Shown here: piece after piece, positions 43,806-53,332 of the stretch
Numbering within the stretch: the stretch's first letter is position 1
How the letters are laid out: every line of letters starts with the position of its first letter
Source: an uncultured Actinomycetota bacterium
GTDB taxonomy: Bacteria > Actinomycetota > Actinomycetes > Mycobacteriales > Mycobacteriaceae
NCBI GenBank assembly: GCA_963800315.1
Contig: CAWDAS010000009.1
Location: forward strand, 266,461-330,460
Length of the DNA stretch: 64,000 nucleotides
Direction: 5' to 3'
Notes under the pieces: generated by a model
What the model was told of the DNA's origin: nothing
Databases searched by the model: none
The model's input: the letters and a program-made list of their open reading frames with translations, nothing else
Program-made: the position numbers and the translations under genes

Positions 43806-45971
43806 TCAGCCATCTGCCAGGGCGCGGTCCACCAGCGCACCCATGACGGGCGCCAGCAGCTGCGCATACTCGGTCGTGACGTGGTTGTCGTCGCGGAACA
43901 CCAAGGTGTTGCCGACAATCACCGGGCAGCGGTCCGGGCTGCAGAACAGGTCGGTCAGATCGGCGTAGCGACCACCGCCGCCGGTGGTCGCGGCCCGCTC
44001 GGCGGCGATGCCGTCGCCGTTGGCCGCGGCGGACCGTGTTGGCGCGCAGGCGCCCGCGTCGTCGAGGTGGGCCGACACGCAGGCGGGCACGACGGAATGG
44101 GGATCGGAGGCGGGCCCTAAGACCAGGACGGTGGCGCCGGTGCTGCGCAACTGCGCCACCGTGCGGCCCAGGGTGGCGACCCACGCCGGGTCGTAGGACG
44201 CGAAGCCGAAATCCGCGGCGTAGCGCCGGCTCATGCTCAGCACGACCAGACGCGGGTGTTCGGCCGCCATGCGGGCCAGGATCTGGCCGCGCCACTGTTC
44301 GCACTCGGTGTACTCGCGGCCCAGATACGGGCTGAGGATGCGCAGGTCCTGCAGCGGGCAGGTCACTTTGGCCAGCGTCTCCAGCCGCCAGTGCCGCTGC
44401 TCGGCAAGCCGCTCGAACGCGGGATTCCACATGGCCGCGTGTGAGTCCCCGATCAACGCCACGGTGGTCGGCGAGCCGGGATCGCCGGTCGCGCACTCGC
44501 TTTGGCCGACGTCGCGCCAGGACCGCACGCAGCCGTTGACGAACACCGCGGCCTTATCGGCGGGTGCCTTGGCGAGCGGCGGGTCCAGGTTCGACGGGAC
44601 GGCCCGCAGGCCGGCCGCCGCCGCGAGCGCGTCCCGCGCCTGCGCGAACGCCCGCCGAACCGCCGCCTCCTGCGGACCGACGGCGGGGGCGCCGGTGGGC
44701 GGGACCACAACGATGTTGGCCCGGGGGGCGGCCAGTCCATGCCCCACGGGCGCCGGTATCACATTCAGCAGCAAGACGCAGGCGCTGGCCGCGGCCACGC
44801 TGGTGGCGCCGGCCACGGCCAGGCTGGTCTTCGCCGATCGGCGCAGCGCGGCGGCGAACCGGCCGGGATCTTCCACCAGATGCAAGGTGAGCACCGCGAG
44901 CCCGGCGGACACGGCCGTCGCGGCCAGCCTGGCCGGCAGCCCCGCGGGTTCACCGAACAGCGCCGGCATCAGCAGCAGCACCGGCCAGTGCCACAGGTAC
45001 CACGAGTACGACACCCGGCCGATCGCACGCATCGCCGGACGGCACAGCAGGCGGCCGGGCCCCAGGCTGCCGGTGACGCAACCACTCCCGATGATCAGCG
45101 AGGTCCCCAGCACCGGCAGCAGCGCCGCGGCGCCGGGGTACGGGGTGGTGTCGCTCAGTTGGGTACAGGTCAGCAGGATCAAGGCCAGGCCGCCCCAGCC
45201 GGCGATCGACGCGGGCAGCGGCGACAGCCGGCGCCAGTGCCGGATCGACAGCGCCAGCAGCCCACCGGCGGCCAGCTCCCAGGCGCGGGTGGGCAGCGCG
45301 AAGAACGCCCAGGGCGGCGACGTGCGGGTCCACCACGCCGCCGCCGCCAACGACGCCGCGGCAACCACCGCGAGGACCATCGCGTACGGCGCCGCGGTTG
45401 ACGCGGTCCCCCGAAGCGGCCCGATCCGCCGGACCAGCCACGCGGTGCCGATGATCAGCACCGGCCACAGCAGGTAGAACTGCTCCTCGACGCCCAGCGA
45501 CCAGTAGTGCTGGAACGGCGAGGGCAGGTTGGATCCCAGGTAGTCGGTGCCTTGCAGGGCGAACCGGTAGTTGCCGACATACAGCGCGCTGGCGATGCCG
45601 TCGAGGAAGACGCTTCGCGCCTGCAGCGGCGGCAACGCGATGGCCGCACCGATCGCGGTGCAGACGCCCACGGCGGCCGCGGCCGGCAGCAGGCGACGCG
45701 CGCGTGCGCCGTAAAAGCGCCCGAGCCGAACGGAATTGGTGGTGGTCACCTCGCGAAAGAGCAGCCCGGTGATCAGGAAGCCCGAGATGACGAAGAAGAT
45801 GTCCACGCCGATGTAGCCGCCGGTGACCCCCGGTATGCCCGCGTGGTAGAGCACGACCGCGATCACCGCGACCGCGCGCAGGCCTTCGATGTCCGGCCGA
45901 AATCCCTTCCGGAAGACTCCCGGCCCCGCGGGGTGCGGGTTGCGGGCGACTGGTTGCTGCCGGACGGTCAT
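43806..45971 (-). CDS. Fused AT3-SGNH O-acyltransferase (OafA/OatA architecture)
   Basis: RPDIEGLRAVA..YH, GVDIFFVISGF, HYWSLGVEEQFY, SYSWYLWHW; extracytoplasmic GDSH and DDNH. Confidence 0.93.
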   Translation of the reverse strand: MTVRQQPVARNPHPAGPGVFRKGFRPDIEGLRAVAVIAVVLYHAGIPGVTGGYIGVDIFFVISGFLITGLLFREVTTTNSVRLGRFYGARARRLLPAAAAVGVCTAIGAAIALPPLQARSVFLDGIASALYVGNYRFALQGTDYLGSNLPSPFQHYWSLGVEEQFYLLWPVLIIGTAWLVRRIGPLRGTASTAAPYAMVLAVVAAASLAAAAWWTRTSPPWAFFALPTRAWELAAGGLLALSIRHWRRLSPLPASIAGWGGLALILLTCTQLSDTTPYPGAAALLPVLGTSLIIGSGCVTGSLGPGRLLCRPAMRAIGRVSYSWYLWHWPVLLLMPALFGEPAGLPARLAATAVSAGLAVLTLHLVEDPGRFAAALRRSAKTSLAVAGATSVAAASACVLLLNVIPAPVGHGLAAPRANIVVVPPTGAPAVGPQEAAVRRAFAQARDALAAAAGLRAVPSNLDPPLAKAPADKAAVFVNGCVRSWRDVGQSECATGDPGSPTTVALIGDSHAAMWNPAFERLAEQRHWRLETLAKVTCPLQDLRILSPYLGREYTECEQWRGQILARMAAEHPRLVVLSMSRRYAADFGFASYDPAWVATLGRTVAQLRSTGATVLVLGPASDPHSVVPACVSAHLDDAGACAPTRSAAANGDGIAAERAATTGGGGRYADLTDLFCSPDRCPVIVGNTLVFRDDNHVTTEYAQLLAPVMGALVDRALADG

Positions 45972-45980
45972 TTGGCTGGG

Positions 45981-46844
45981 CTAGGAGGCCATCCAGGCCA
46001 GCTCGCCAGGCAGTTGGGTGCGCCAGTAACCGACGTCGTGCCCGCCCAAGGAGAAGCTGCCTGCCGGTGGGTTCTTCAGTTGGCTGACGAATTGTTTTGT
46101 GGCGAAACAGAAGCGGTCGAAGGTGCCGCAGTCCACGCGCAGCGGAATCGAATTCAGCGCCGGCACGCCCAAGGCGCTGTTTTCGACCCAGTCCTGGTAG
46201 CTGTCGAACGCCCCCGGCGTGCTGCTGGTGAACGAGGTGAACAGGGCCGGGCTCACCGCGCAGATTCCCGCGGTGCGCTGCGGGCCCAGCTTGGCGCCCA
46301 GGTGCAGCGCCCCGTAGCCACCCATCGACCACCCCAAAAAGCCCACCCGGGAGGTGTCGAAGCCCATCGAGGACAGCATCGGCAACAGCTCGTCGAGCAC
46401 CATCGCGCCGGAGTCCGCGCCGGAAGCCCTTTTGTGCCAGTAGGTATTGCCACCGTCGACGCCCACCACCGCGAACGGCGGCCGGCCCTCTTTGACCAGT
46501 CGGGCCAGCCCTTCCGGGACGCCCATGTCCAGCATCTGGTTGGCGTCGCCGTCCACGCCGTGCAGCGCGATCACGGGGCGCAGCACCCCGGTTTGGCCGG
46601 GCGGCATGGCGATCACATAGTTGGTCTTGACGCCCCCGCGGGCCGCCGACACGAACGAGCCGGTGAGCTTGGTCGGCAGCGTGGTGCCCGCCGTCGGGGG
46701 CTCGAACGGGGCGGGACCCTGCGGCGCCGGCGCCGCTTGGGGCTTGGTCGGATCCAGCAGGGCGCTCAGGGAGAACACGCCGGCGGCCCCCAGGCCGGCG
46801 CCGGCGCCCATCCGCAGCACCGCTCGGCGGGTGAGCTCAGGCAT
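45981..46844 (-). CDS. Tat-exported alpha/beta esterase (Rv0519c-like)
   Basis: TRRAVL twin-arginine signal; GWSMGG nucleophile; DCGTFD; GGHD. Confidence 0.88.
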   Translation of the reverse strand: MPELTRRAVLRMGAGAGLGAAGVFSLSALLDPTKPQAAPAPQGPAPFEPPTAGTTLPTKLTGSFVSAARGGVKTNYVIAMPPGQTGVLRPVIALHGVDGDANQMLDMGVPEGLARLVKEGRPPFAVVGVDGGNTYWHKRASGADSGAMVLDELLPMLSSMGFDTSRVGFLGWSMGGYGALHLGAKLGPQRTAGICAVSPALFTSFTSSTPGAFDSYQDWVENSALGVPALNSIPLRVDCGTFDRFCFATKQFVSQLKNPPAGSFSLGGHDVGYWRTQLPGELAWMAS

Positions 46845-47238
46845 GATCGCAATAATGCCGCGCTGACCGCTCGTTATCGGCCGAGCCACGCCGTATTGGA
46901 AGCATTGTGTGATCTGGCGTGATCTCGCGTTCACGCAGCGGTGACATCCGGCGCACGACCCGGCTCACTCCCCGGCTCCCTCCCGCCGTGGCGGGACATG
47001 GCGATCGTCATCGCCGACGACGACCCGCACGGCTGGTGCGGCCACCAGTTGCCGGCGGTCGTATCGGCCTCTGCCGCAACGGAAGACGGTTGCAGCGATC
47101 GCAATGGTGCCGGCGCCCGCGCAAAACGATTACGTTGGCCGGTGCGCTGGACTACACCTGGGCCGGTTAGCGAACGGCTACGTCTACAAATCCGAACCGC
47201 CGTTCGCCGTCGGGAAATCGCAGGGAAGCGAGAAGGCA

Positions 47239-47977
47239 GTGACGACTGACGCGAACGTCGGCGGTTTCGAGCCAATGTACGGTGAGGCCGAACATACCGA
47301 CGGACGGATCCCCTGGGACATCGGTGGCCCGCAGCCGGCCGTCCAGCAATTGGTCGCCTACGGCGGGATCCGCGGCGAGGTGCTCGACCCCGGTACCGGT
47401 CCCGGCTATCACGCGATTTACTACGCGGCACAAGGGTATTCGGCCACCGGCATCGACGGTTCGCCCTCGGCTATCGAGCGTGCCAAGCGCAACGCCGAGC
47501 GGGCCGGAGTGCAGGTTGATTTCCAGGTGGCCGACGCCACCGAACTGGAGGGGTTCGAGGGCCGGTTCGACACCGTGGTGGACAGCGCCTTCTATCACGT
47601 GTTCTTGAATGATAATGATGAAGCCGTCCAGACGCGGTACGCACCGGGCCACCAAGCCCGGGGCGCGGTTGTACATGTTCGAGTTCAGCCCGCACAACGT
47701 CAATGGCCTTCGGTGGACCGTCATCCCCGCCGACAACTTCGAGCGGGTGCTTGGCGCCGCCGGATGGCGCATCGACTACCTGGGTGGCACCACCTATCAG
47801 GCCCGCTTTCTGTCGGAGACGTTCGAAGCCATGAAGACGGTCGCGTCCGAGCAGCAGGGCGAGATCTTGCAGCGGATGCGTCCGCTGGTCCACCGGCTGG
47901 GCGTCATCGAACCGCTGTTGGAAGACCACCGGGTGCACCTTCGGGTCTGGTCCGTGGTGGCGACCCGGTTGGACTGA
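47239..47977 (+). pseudogene. Class I SAM methyltransferase (Rv0520/0521-like) frameshifted near 47641
   Basis: IPWDIGGPQP, VLDPGTGPG and DSAFYH in frame 1; HRATKPGARLYMFEF in frame 2; residues appear to be missing at the TRY|HRAT junction. Confidence 0.85.
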
Positions 47978-48271
47978 TTGCGAAAGCACGGTATTTCGTA
48001 ATCGCGCCCTAAGTACACAGTTGCACACTGCTATGAGTACACTCATGTGTCGATGTGAGAGCGACGGGCCGTCGGGGCCGTTTGCCCGTGTCCAGCGTGG
48101 CGAGTCGGGCTCAACCGGGATCTTGTCGCTTTCGCGCGACGGGATGCATCGTATGGTACGAGTTCGCCCCCGGTCCCCGGGGGGCACTGGCGCATTCCTT
48201 GACTACAGGTACACCGTGCGCGGGACCGAATTTGTTGGAATTGCGTTCGGGCGAGTAGAGAGAAAGGTTAT

Positions 48272-49960
48272 ATGTCCAGCATATCGGCCGCACGGGATAA
48301 TCTGGAACTGGAATTACACGACCAAATTTATGGTAACGACCCACTGTCGGACCGTGCGACGGAGCTGTATCGCGCCGAATATGTGATGAGTTTCGTCGAA
48401 AAATGGGATGAATTGATCGACTGGGACGCCCGTGCCGAGTCCGAGGGCCGGTTTTTCGTCGACGTCCTGCGCGCGCGCGACAAGCACCACATCCTCGACG
48501 TCGCCACGGGGACCGGCTTCCATTCCGTTCGCCTGACCGAAACGGGTTTCGACGTGACGAGCGCCGACGGGTCCGCGGCGATGCTGGCGCAGGCCTTCGA
48601 AAACGGCAGGAAGCGCGGCCTCATCCTGAAGACCGTCCAAGCTGATTGGCGTGAGCTGAACCGGAGCATCCAGGGCAAGTACGACGCCATCATCTGCCTG
48701 GGGAACTCGTTCACCCACCTGCACGACGAGCACGATCGCCGCCGCGCACTGGCCGAATTCTATGCCGCCCTGCGTCACGATGGAATTCTCATCCTCGATC
48801 AGCGCAATTACGACGAAATACTTGACCATGGCTTCAAGTCGAAGCACAAATATTACTATTGCGGTGATCAAGTCACGGCGGAACCGGAGTACGTCGACGA
48901 CGGCCTGGCACGGTTCAAATACACGTTCCCGGACGGCTCCGAATACACCTTGAACATGTTCCCGCTGCGCAAGTCCTATGTTCGCCGGCTCATGCGCGAA
49001 GCGGGATTCACGACCGTGCGCACCTACGGCGACTTCCAGGAAACGTATGAGGACAACGACCCCGATTTCTTCATTCACGTGGCGGAGAAATCGATCGACC
49101 TGGACGGGAGCGACGGGCCGGACGGCGAGGGCGGAACGACCGACAGCCTGCGCCAGTCGGAGGCCTACTACGACAGCACCGATGCCGACGCGTTCTACTC
49201 GATGGTCTGGGGTGGCGAGGACATTCATGTCGGCTGCTATGAGAACACCGACGACATCGGGGCGGCCGGCATCGAAACCGCGGACCGCATGATCGGCCGG
49301 CTGTCGAAACTCGACGGCGACACCGCCGTGCTCGATCTCGGGTCGGGCTACGGTGGCTCCGCGCGGCGCCTCGCCAAGGAGCACGGCTGCTCGGTCACCT
49401 GCCTCAACCTCTCCGAGGTGCAGAACGCGACCAACCGGGACAAGAACCGCCGCGCCGGCCTGGACCACCGGGTCCGGGTCCGTCATGGCAGCTTCGACGC
49501 CATTCCCGAGCCGGACGCCAGCTACGACGTGGTCTGGTCCCAGGACGCGATCCTGCACGCCACCGACCGCCGCAGGGTGCTCGAGGAGGCATTCCGGGTG
49601 CTCAAGCCCGGTGGCGAGCTGATCTTCACCGATCCCATGCAGGCCGACGACGTGGCCCATGGAGTGCTGCAACCGGTCTACGACCGGCTCAACCTCACCG
49701 ATCTCGGATCGATGCGCTTCTATCGCGAGGCGGCGCAGTCGATCGGCTTCGAGGTGCTCGGCCAGATCGACCTCGTCGGCAACCTGCGGACGCACTACCA
49801 GCGCGTGCTCGAGGAACTCGAGGTCCGCCGCGGCGAGCTCGAGGAAAAATCCTCAACGGAGTACCTCGACAACATGGAGATCGGTCTGAAGAACTGGGTC
49901 AGTGCGGCCGACGACGGTCAGCTGGCCTGGGGAATCCAGCACTTCCGGAAGCCGAGCTGA
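48272..49960 (+). CDS. Fused glycine/sarcosine N-methyltransferase and sarcosine/dimethylglycine N-methyltransferase (GSMT-SDMT)
   Basis: N-domain FVEKWDELIDW..ILDVATGTGFHSVRL..YDAIICLGNSFTHL..LDQRNYD..ARFKYTFPD; C-domain YYDSTDADAFY..WGGEDIHVG..LDLGSGYGG..WSQDAILH..FTDPM; GAAAGG RBS. Confidence 0.92.
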   Translation: MSSISAARDNLELELHDQIYGNDPLSDRATELYRAEYVMSFVEKWDELIDWDARAESEGRFFVDVLRARDKHHILDVATGTGFHSVRLTETGFDVTSADGSAAMLAQAFENGRKRGLILKTVQADWRELNRSIQGKYDAIICLGNSFTHLHDEHDRRRALAEFYAALRHDGILILDQRNYDEILDHGFKSKHKYYYCGDQVTAEPEYVDDGLARFKYTFPDGSEYTLNMFPLRKSYVRRLMREAGFTTVRTYGDFQETYEDNDPDFFIHVAEKSIDLDGSDGPDGEGGTTDSLRQSEAYYDSTDADAFYSMVWGGEDIHVGCYENTDDIGAAGIETADRMIGRLSKLDGDTAVLDLGSGYGGSARRLAKEHGCSVTCLNLSEVQNATNRDKNRRAGLDHRVRVRHGSFDAIPEPDASYDVVWSQDAILHATDRRRVLEEAFRVLKPGGELIFTDPMQADDVAHGVLQPVYDRLNLTDLGSMRFYREAAQSIGFEVLGQIDLVGNLRTHYQRVLEELEVRRGELEEKSSTEYLDNMEIGLKNWVSAADDGQLAWGIQHFRKPS

Positions 49961-50024
49961 GCCGGTTGTCGGGCTGCGCGGCGGTTCGGTTGGCGCCCGG
50001 ACCCCCGTGCCGGCCGGTATCGTG

Positions 50025-51425
50025 ATGCCCTCGGCTCCCGGGAAGGCAGACGCGATAGACACCCCGCCGGCACTGCACCGAGGACTGTCGCAGCGGCAGC
50101 TCAACATGATCGCCATCGGCGGGGTGATCGGCGCCGGCTTGTTCGTGGGATCCAGCGTGGCCATTCGCGCCACCGGCCCGGCGGCCTTTCTCACCTACAC
50201 GCTTTGTGGTGCGCTGATCGTCTTGGTGATGCGGATGCTGGGCGAGATGGCCGCCGCGAATCCGGTGACCGGATCGTTCGCCGACTATGCGGGGCAAGCC
50301 CTGGGCGGCTGGGCCGGGTTCTCGGTCGGCTGGCTGTACTGGTACTTCTGGGTGATCGTCGTGGGGTTCGAGGCGGTTGCCGGCGGGAAGGTCGTCACCT
50401 ACTGGATCCATGCGCCGCTGTGGCTGACGTCGCTGTGCCTGATGACGATGATGACCGCGACCAACCTGTTCTCGGTGTCGTCCTTCGGCGAATTCGAATT
50501 CTGGTTCGCCGGAATCAAAGTGGCGACCATTGTGGCCTTTCTCGCCCTCGGCATCGCTTTCGCCCTCGGGCTCTTCCCGGGCCACCACCTGGATTTCAGC
50601 AACCTGACCTCGCATGGCGGGTTCTTTCCCAAGGGCGTGGGTGCCGTGTTCACCGCGATCGTCGTCGTGATCTTTTCCATGACCGGCACCGAGGTCGTCA
50701 CCATCGCCGCCGCCGAAAGTCGTGATCCCGAGCGCGCGGTGCAGCGGGCGATGAACTCGGTGCTGGTGCGGATCGCCATCTTCTTCGTCGGCTCGGTGTT
50801 CCTGATCGTGGTGGTACTGCCATGGGACGCCGTGCAGGCCGGCAGCTCGCCGTATGTCGCCGCGCTCAGGCACATGGGCATTCCGGGTGCCGACCAGATC
50901 ATGAACGCGGTCGTGCTCACCGCGGTGCTGTCCTGTCTGAATTCGGGCCTGTACACGGCGTCGCGCATGCTGTTCGTGCTCGCCACCCGCGGGGAGGCGC
51001 CGGCACGGCTGGTCACGATCAGCGCGCGCGGGGTCCCCGCGGTGGCCATCCTGGCCTCGTCAGCGGTGGGTTTCGGTTGCGTCGTCATGGCGTGGTCCGC
51101 GCCGCGCACGGTGTTCACCTTCCTGCTGAATTCGTCGGGCGCCGTCGTGTTGTTCGTCTACTTGCTGATCGCGCTGTCGCAGATCGTGCTGCGCCGCCGG
51201 ACGCCGGAAGAAAAGCTGCGGGTCAAGATGTGGCTCTTTCCGGGGCTGTCGATCCTGGCCGTGGCCGGCATCGTGGCGGTGTTGGTGCGGATGGCGTTCG
51301 ACCACGCCGCCCGCAGCCAGCTCTGGCTTGGCCTGCTGTCGTGGGCGGTGGTGATCGGGTTGTATTTCGTCGCCCGCTCCCGCGGCCGGATGCGCGCCGG
51401 GCGCGAGATTGCTTCCAACGATTAA
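50025..51425 (+). CDS. gabP: APC-family amino acid permease (GabP/Rv0522-like)
   Basis: MIAIGGVIGAGLFVG, LGEMAAA, FGEFEFWF, LNSGLYTASRML. Confidence 0.9.
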   Translation: MPSAPGKADAIDTPPALHRGLSQRQLNMIAIGGVIGAGLFVGSSVAIRATGPAAFLTYTLCGALIVLVMRMLGEMAAANPVTGSFADYAGQALGGWAGFSVGWLYWYFWVIVVGFEAVAGGKVVTYWIHAPLWLTSLCLMTMMTATNLFSVSSFGEFEFWFAGIKVATIVAFLALGIAFALGLFPGHHLDFSNLTSHGGFFPKGVGAVFTAIVVVIFSMTGTEVVTIAAAESRDPERAVQRAMNSVLVRIAIFFVGSVFLIVVVLPWDAVQAGSSPYVAALRHMGIPGADQIMNAVVLTAVLSCLNSGLYTASRMLFVLATRGEAPARLVTISARGVPAVAILASSAVGFGCVVMAWSAPRTVFTFLLNSSGAVVLFVYLLIALSQIVLRRRTPEEKLRVKMWLFPGLSILAVAGIVAVLVRMAFDHAARSQLWLGLLSWAVVIGLYFVARSRGRMRAGREIASND

Positions 51426-51849
51426 GCAGTCTGCTTCCGGTTGGCGTATCACGCGTCACCTCACCGGCGCGCAGTGCTAGTGGACTTGGCTCACGATTTG
51501 AGGTCCGCGGTGGTCGCAGCGGGTTGAGCTGTTGTTTTTCGGTTTGGGCTGCTGGGATGTGCGCACTGAAGTCGGGGGCCGGGGCTGCGCTGGTGGCCAA
51601 TGTGGGCCTCGTGTAGACCGCCTTGGGCGCGACCGCGGTGTAGATCGTGTGGTTTTTTTCCGACGTGGATCGCTGAGGTCGAGCAGCGTGGTTGGGCGCA
51701 GGATGGAGCGTGGGTGGCCGTGCTGATGGCTGCAGTGGGGAGCGTTTGGGGGCCAATCAGGCGGTCCGGCTTGGCCAATGATGACGGTCCCACCCCGGGC
51801 GCGGTTTGGGCAGCCGAGGGTTGTCGTACCCGGCTGCGATGATGGGGTT

Positions 51850-53145
51850 ATGTCGTCGACCGCATCGTTGGGCTCTGCATCGTTGGGCTCTGCATCGTTG
51901 GGCTCTGCATCGTTGGGCTGTGGGGCGACGCGCCCTGGCCAGCGCCTTGAGGTGCTGTTCGAGGAGTTGGCGGAGTTGGCCGGTCAGCGTAACGCGATTG
52001 ATGGGCGCATCGTGGAGATCGTCGCCGAGCTGGATCGCGACGAGCTGTGCGGCGCCACGGGGGCACGGTCGGTGCAGGCGTTGGTGGCCTGGAAGCTGGG
52101 CTGGTCCTCGGCAAACGCCCACACGATCAGCACCATCGCGCGCCGGCTTGAGGCGTTTCCGCGCTGTGTGCAGGGCATGGCCGAGGGTCGACTGTCGCTG
52201 GATCAGGTCGGCGTCATCGCGGCGCGCGCCGGTGAGGGATCTGATGAGCATTACGCGCAGTTGGCGCGCTGCGCCACGGTCAACCAGCTGCGCACCGCGG
52301 TCAAGCTGGAACCACGACCGGCACCCGATTCTCGGCCGCAACCGCAACCCTCGATCACCAAGACCTCCAGCCAGGAGTTCAGCTGTTGGCGGATCAAACT
52401 TGCGCACCCCGAGGCGGCGAAGTTCGACGCGGCGCTGGCGTCTCATCGTGATGCGCTGATCGCCCAGTGGAAGCACGATCGCGGCACTGGGGAGGCCGCC
52501 TCAGAGATCGCGCCGCCGCCCCCGGGCACCCTCGAGGCGTTTATGCGCCTGGTCGAGGCCGGATGGGATGCCGAGGCCGCGCGGCGGCCACACGGGCAGC
52601 ACACCACGGTGGTGGTGCACGTCGACGTTGCCCAGCGCGCCGCCGCGCTGCATCTGGGTCCGCTGCTCACGCAGGCCGAACGCCGATACCTGACCTGTGA
52701 TGCCACGTGTGAGGTGTGGTTCGAACGTGACGGCGAGGTCATCGGCGCCAGCCGAGCGACCCGCCAGATCAACCGGCGGCTTCGCCGCGCGCTCGAGCAC
52801 CGCCAACCCACCTGCGCGGTTCCCGGCTGTGGTGCGACCCGCGGTCTGCACGCACACCACATCCGGCACTGGGAAGACGGCGGCCCCACCGAGTTGGCCA
52901 ACCTGGTGCTGGTATGCCCTTATCACCACCGGCTGCACCACCGCGGCGTCATCACCATCAGTGGACCCGCGGTCGATCTCATCGTCACCGACAGCGCCGG
53001 GCGATCGCTGCGCGCAGGATCGCTCGCGCGTCCGCCCACCCTTGCCCCGCCCGCCGTCCCGCCGTGCCCCGGGCCCACCGGCGAGCGCGCCCACTGGTGG
53101 TGGTACGAACCCTTTCAGCCGCAGCCACCACCAACAAACAACTAG
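51850..53145 (+). mobile_element. DUF222-HNH endonuclease (13E12-related, Rv1765c/Rv2015c type)
   Basis: LFEELAELAGQRNAIDGRIV; CAVPGC..HAHHIRHWEDGGPTELANLVLVCPYHH; WWWYEPF tail. Confidence 0.88.
51862..51919 (+). repeat. 15-bp tandem repeat GCATCGTTGGGCTCT, 3 full copies plus 13 bp (ASLGS)
   Basis: Directly visible; in frame at the HNH N-terminus. Confidence 0.95.
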
Positions 53146-53332
53146 CTTGGATTCCCAGCCTCGTATCGAAGCTAAAACGGGTTGGGGCAGAAAGAATTTC
53201 GTTGGCGCTAACCACTGCTATCGGATCTTGATCATCAAGGCCGACAACCAGGCCCGCACCGCCGCCGACCCGATACCCAGGGCCCGCATCAAGATCCCCG
53301 CTGACGTGCGCACTGATTTGAGCTCAGTCGGG

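Noticed and set aside
48012-48271. Riboswitch (SAM or glycine) or SigF promoter upstream of GSMT-SDMT
   Set aside because: No recognisable aptamer core or GTTT-N15-17-GGGTA box by eye; an Rfam/Infernal scan would be needed
53150-53332. Coding-like fragment RILIIKADNQARTAADP right of the HNH gene
   Set aside because: No recognisable family and no continuity with the CAR stub; left unassigned
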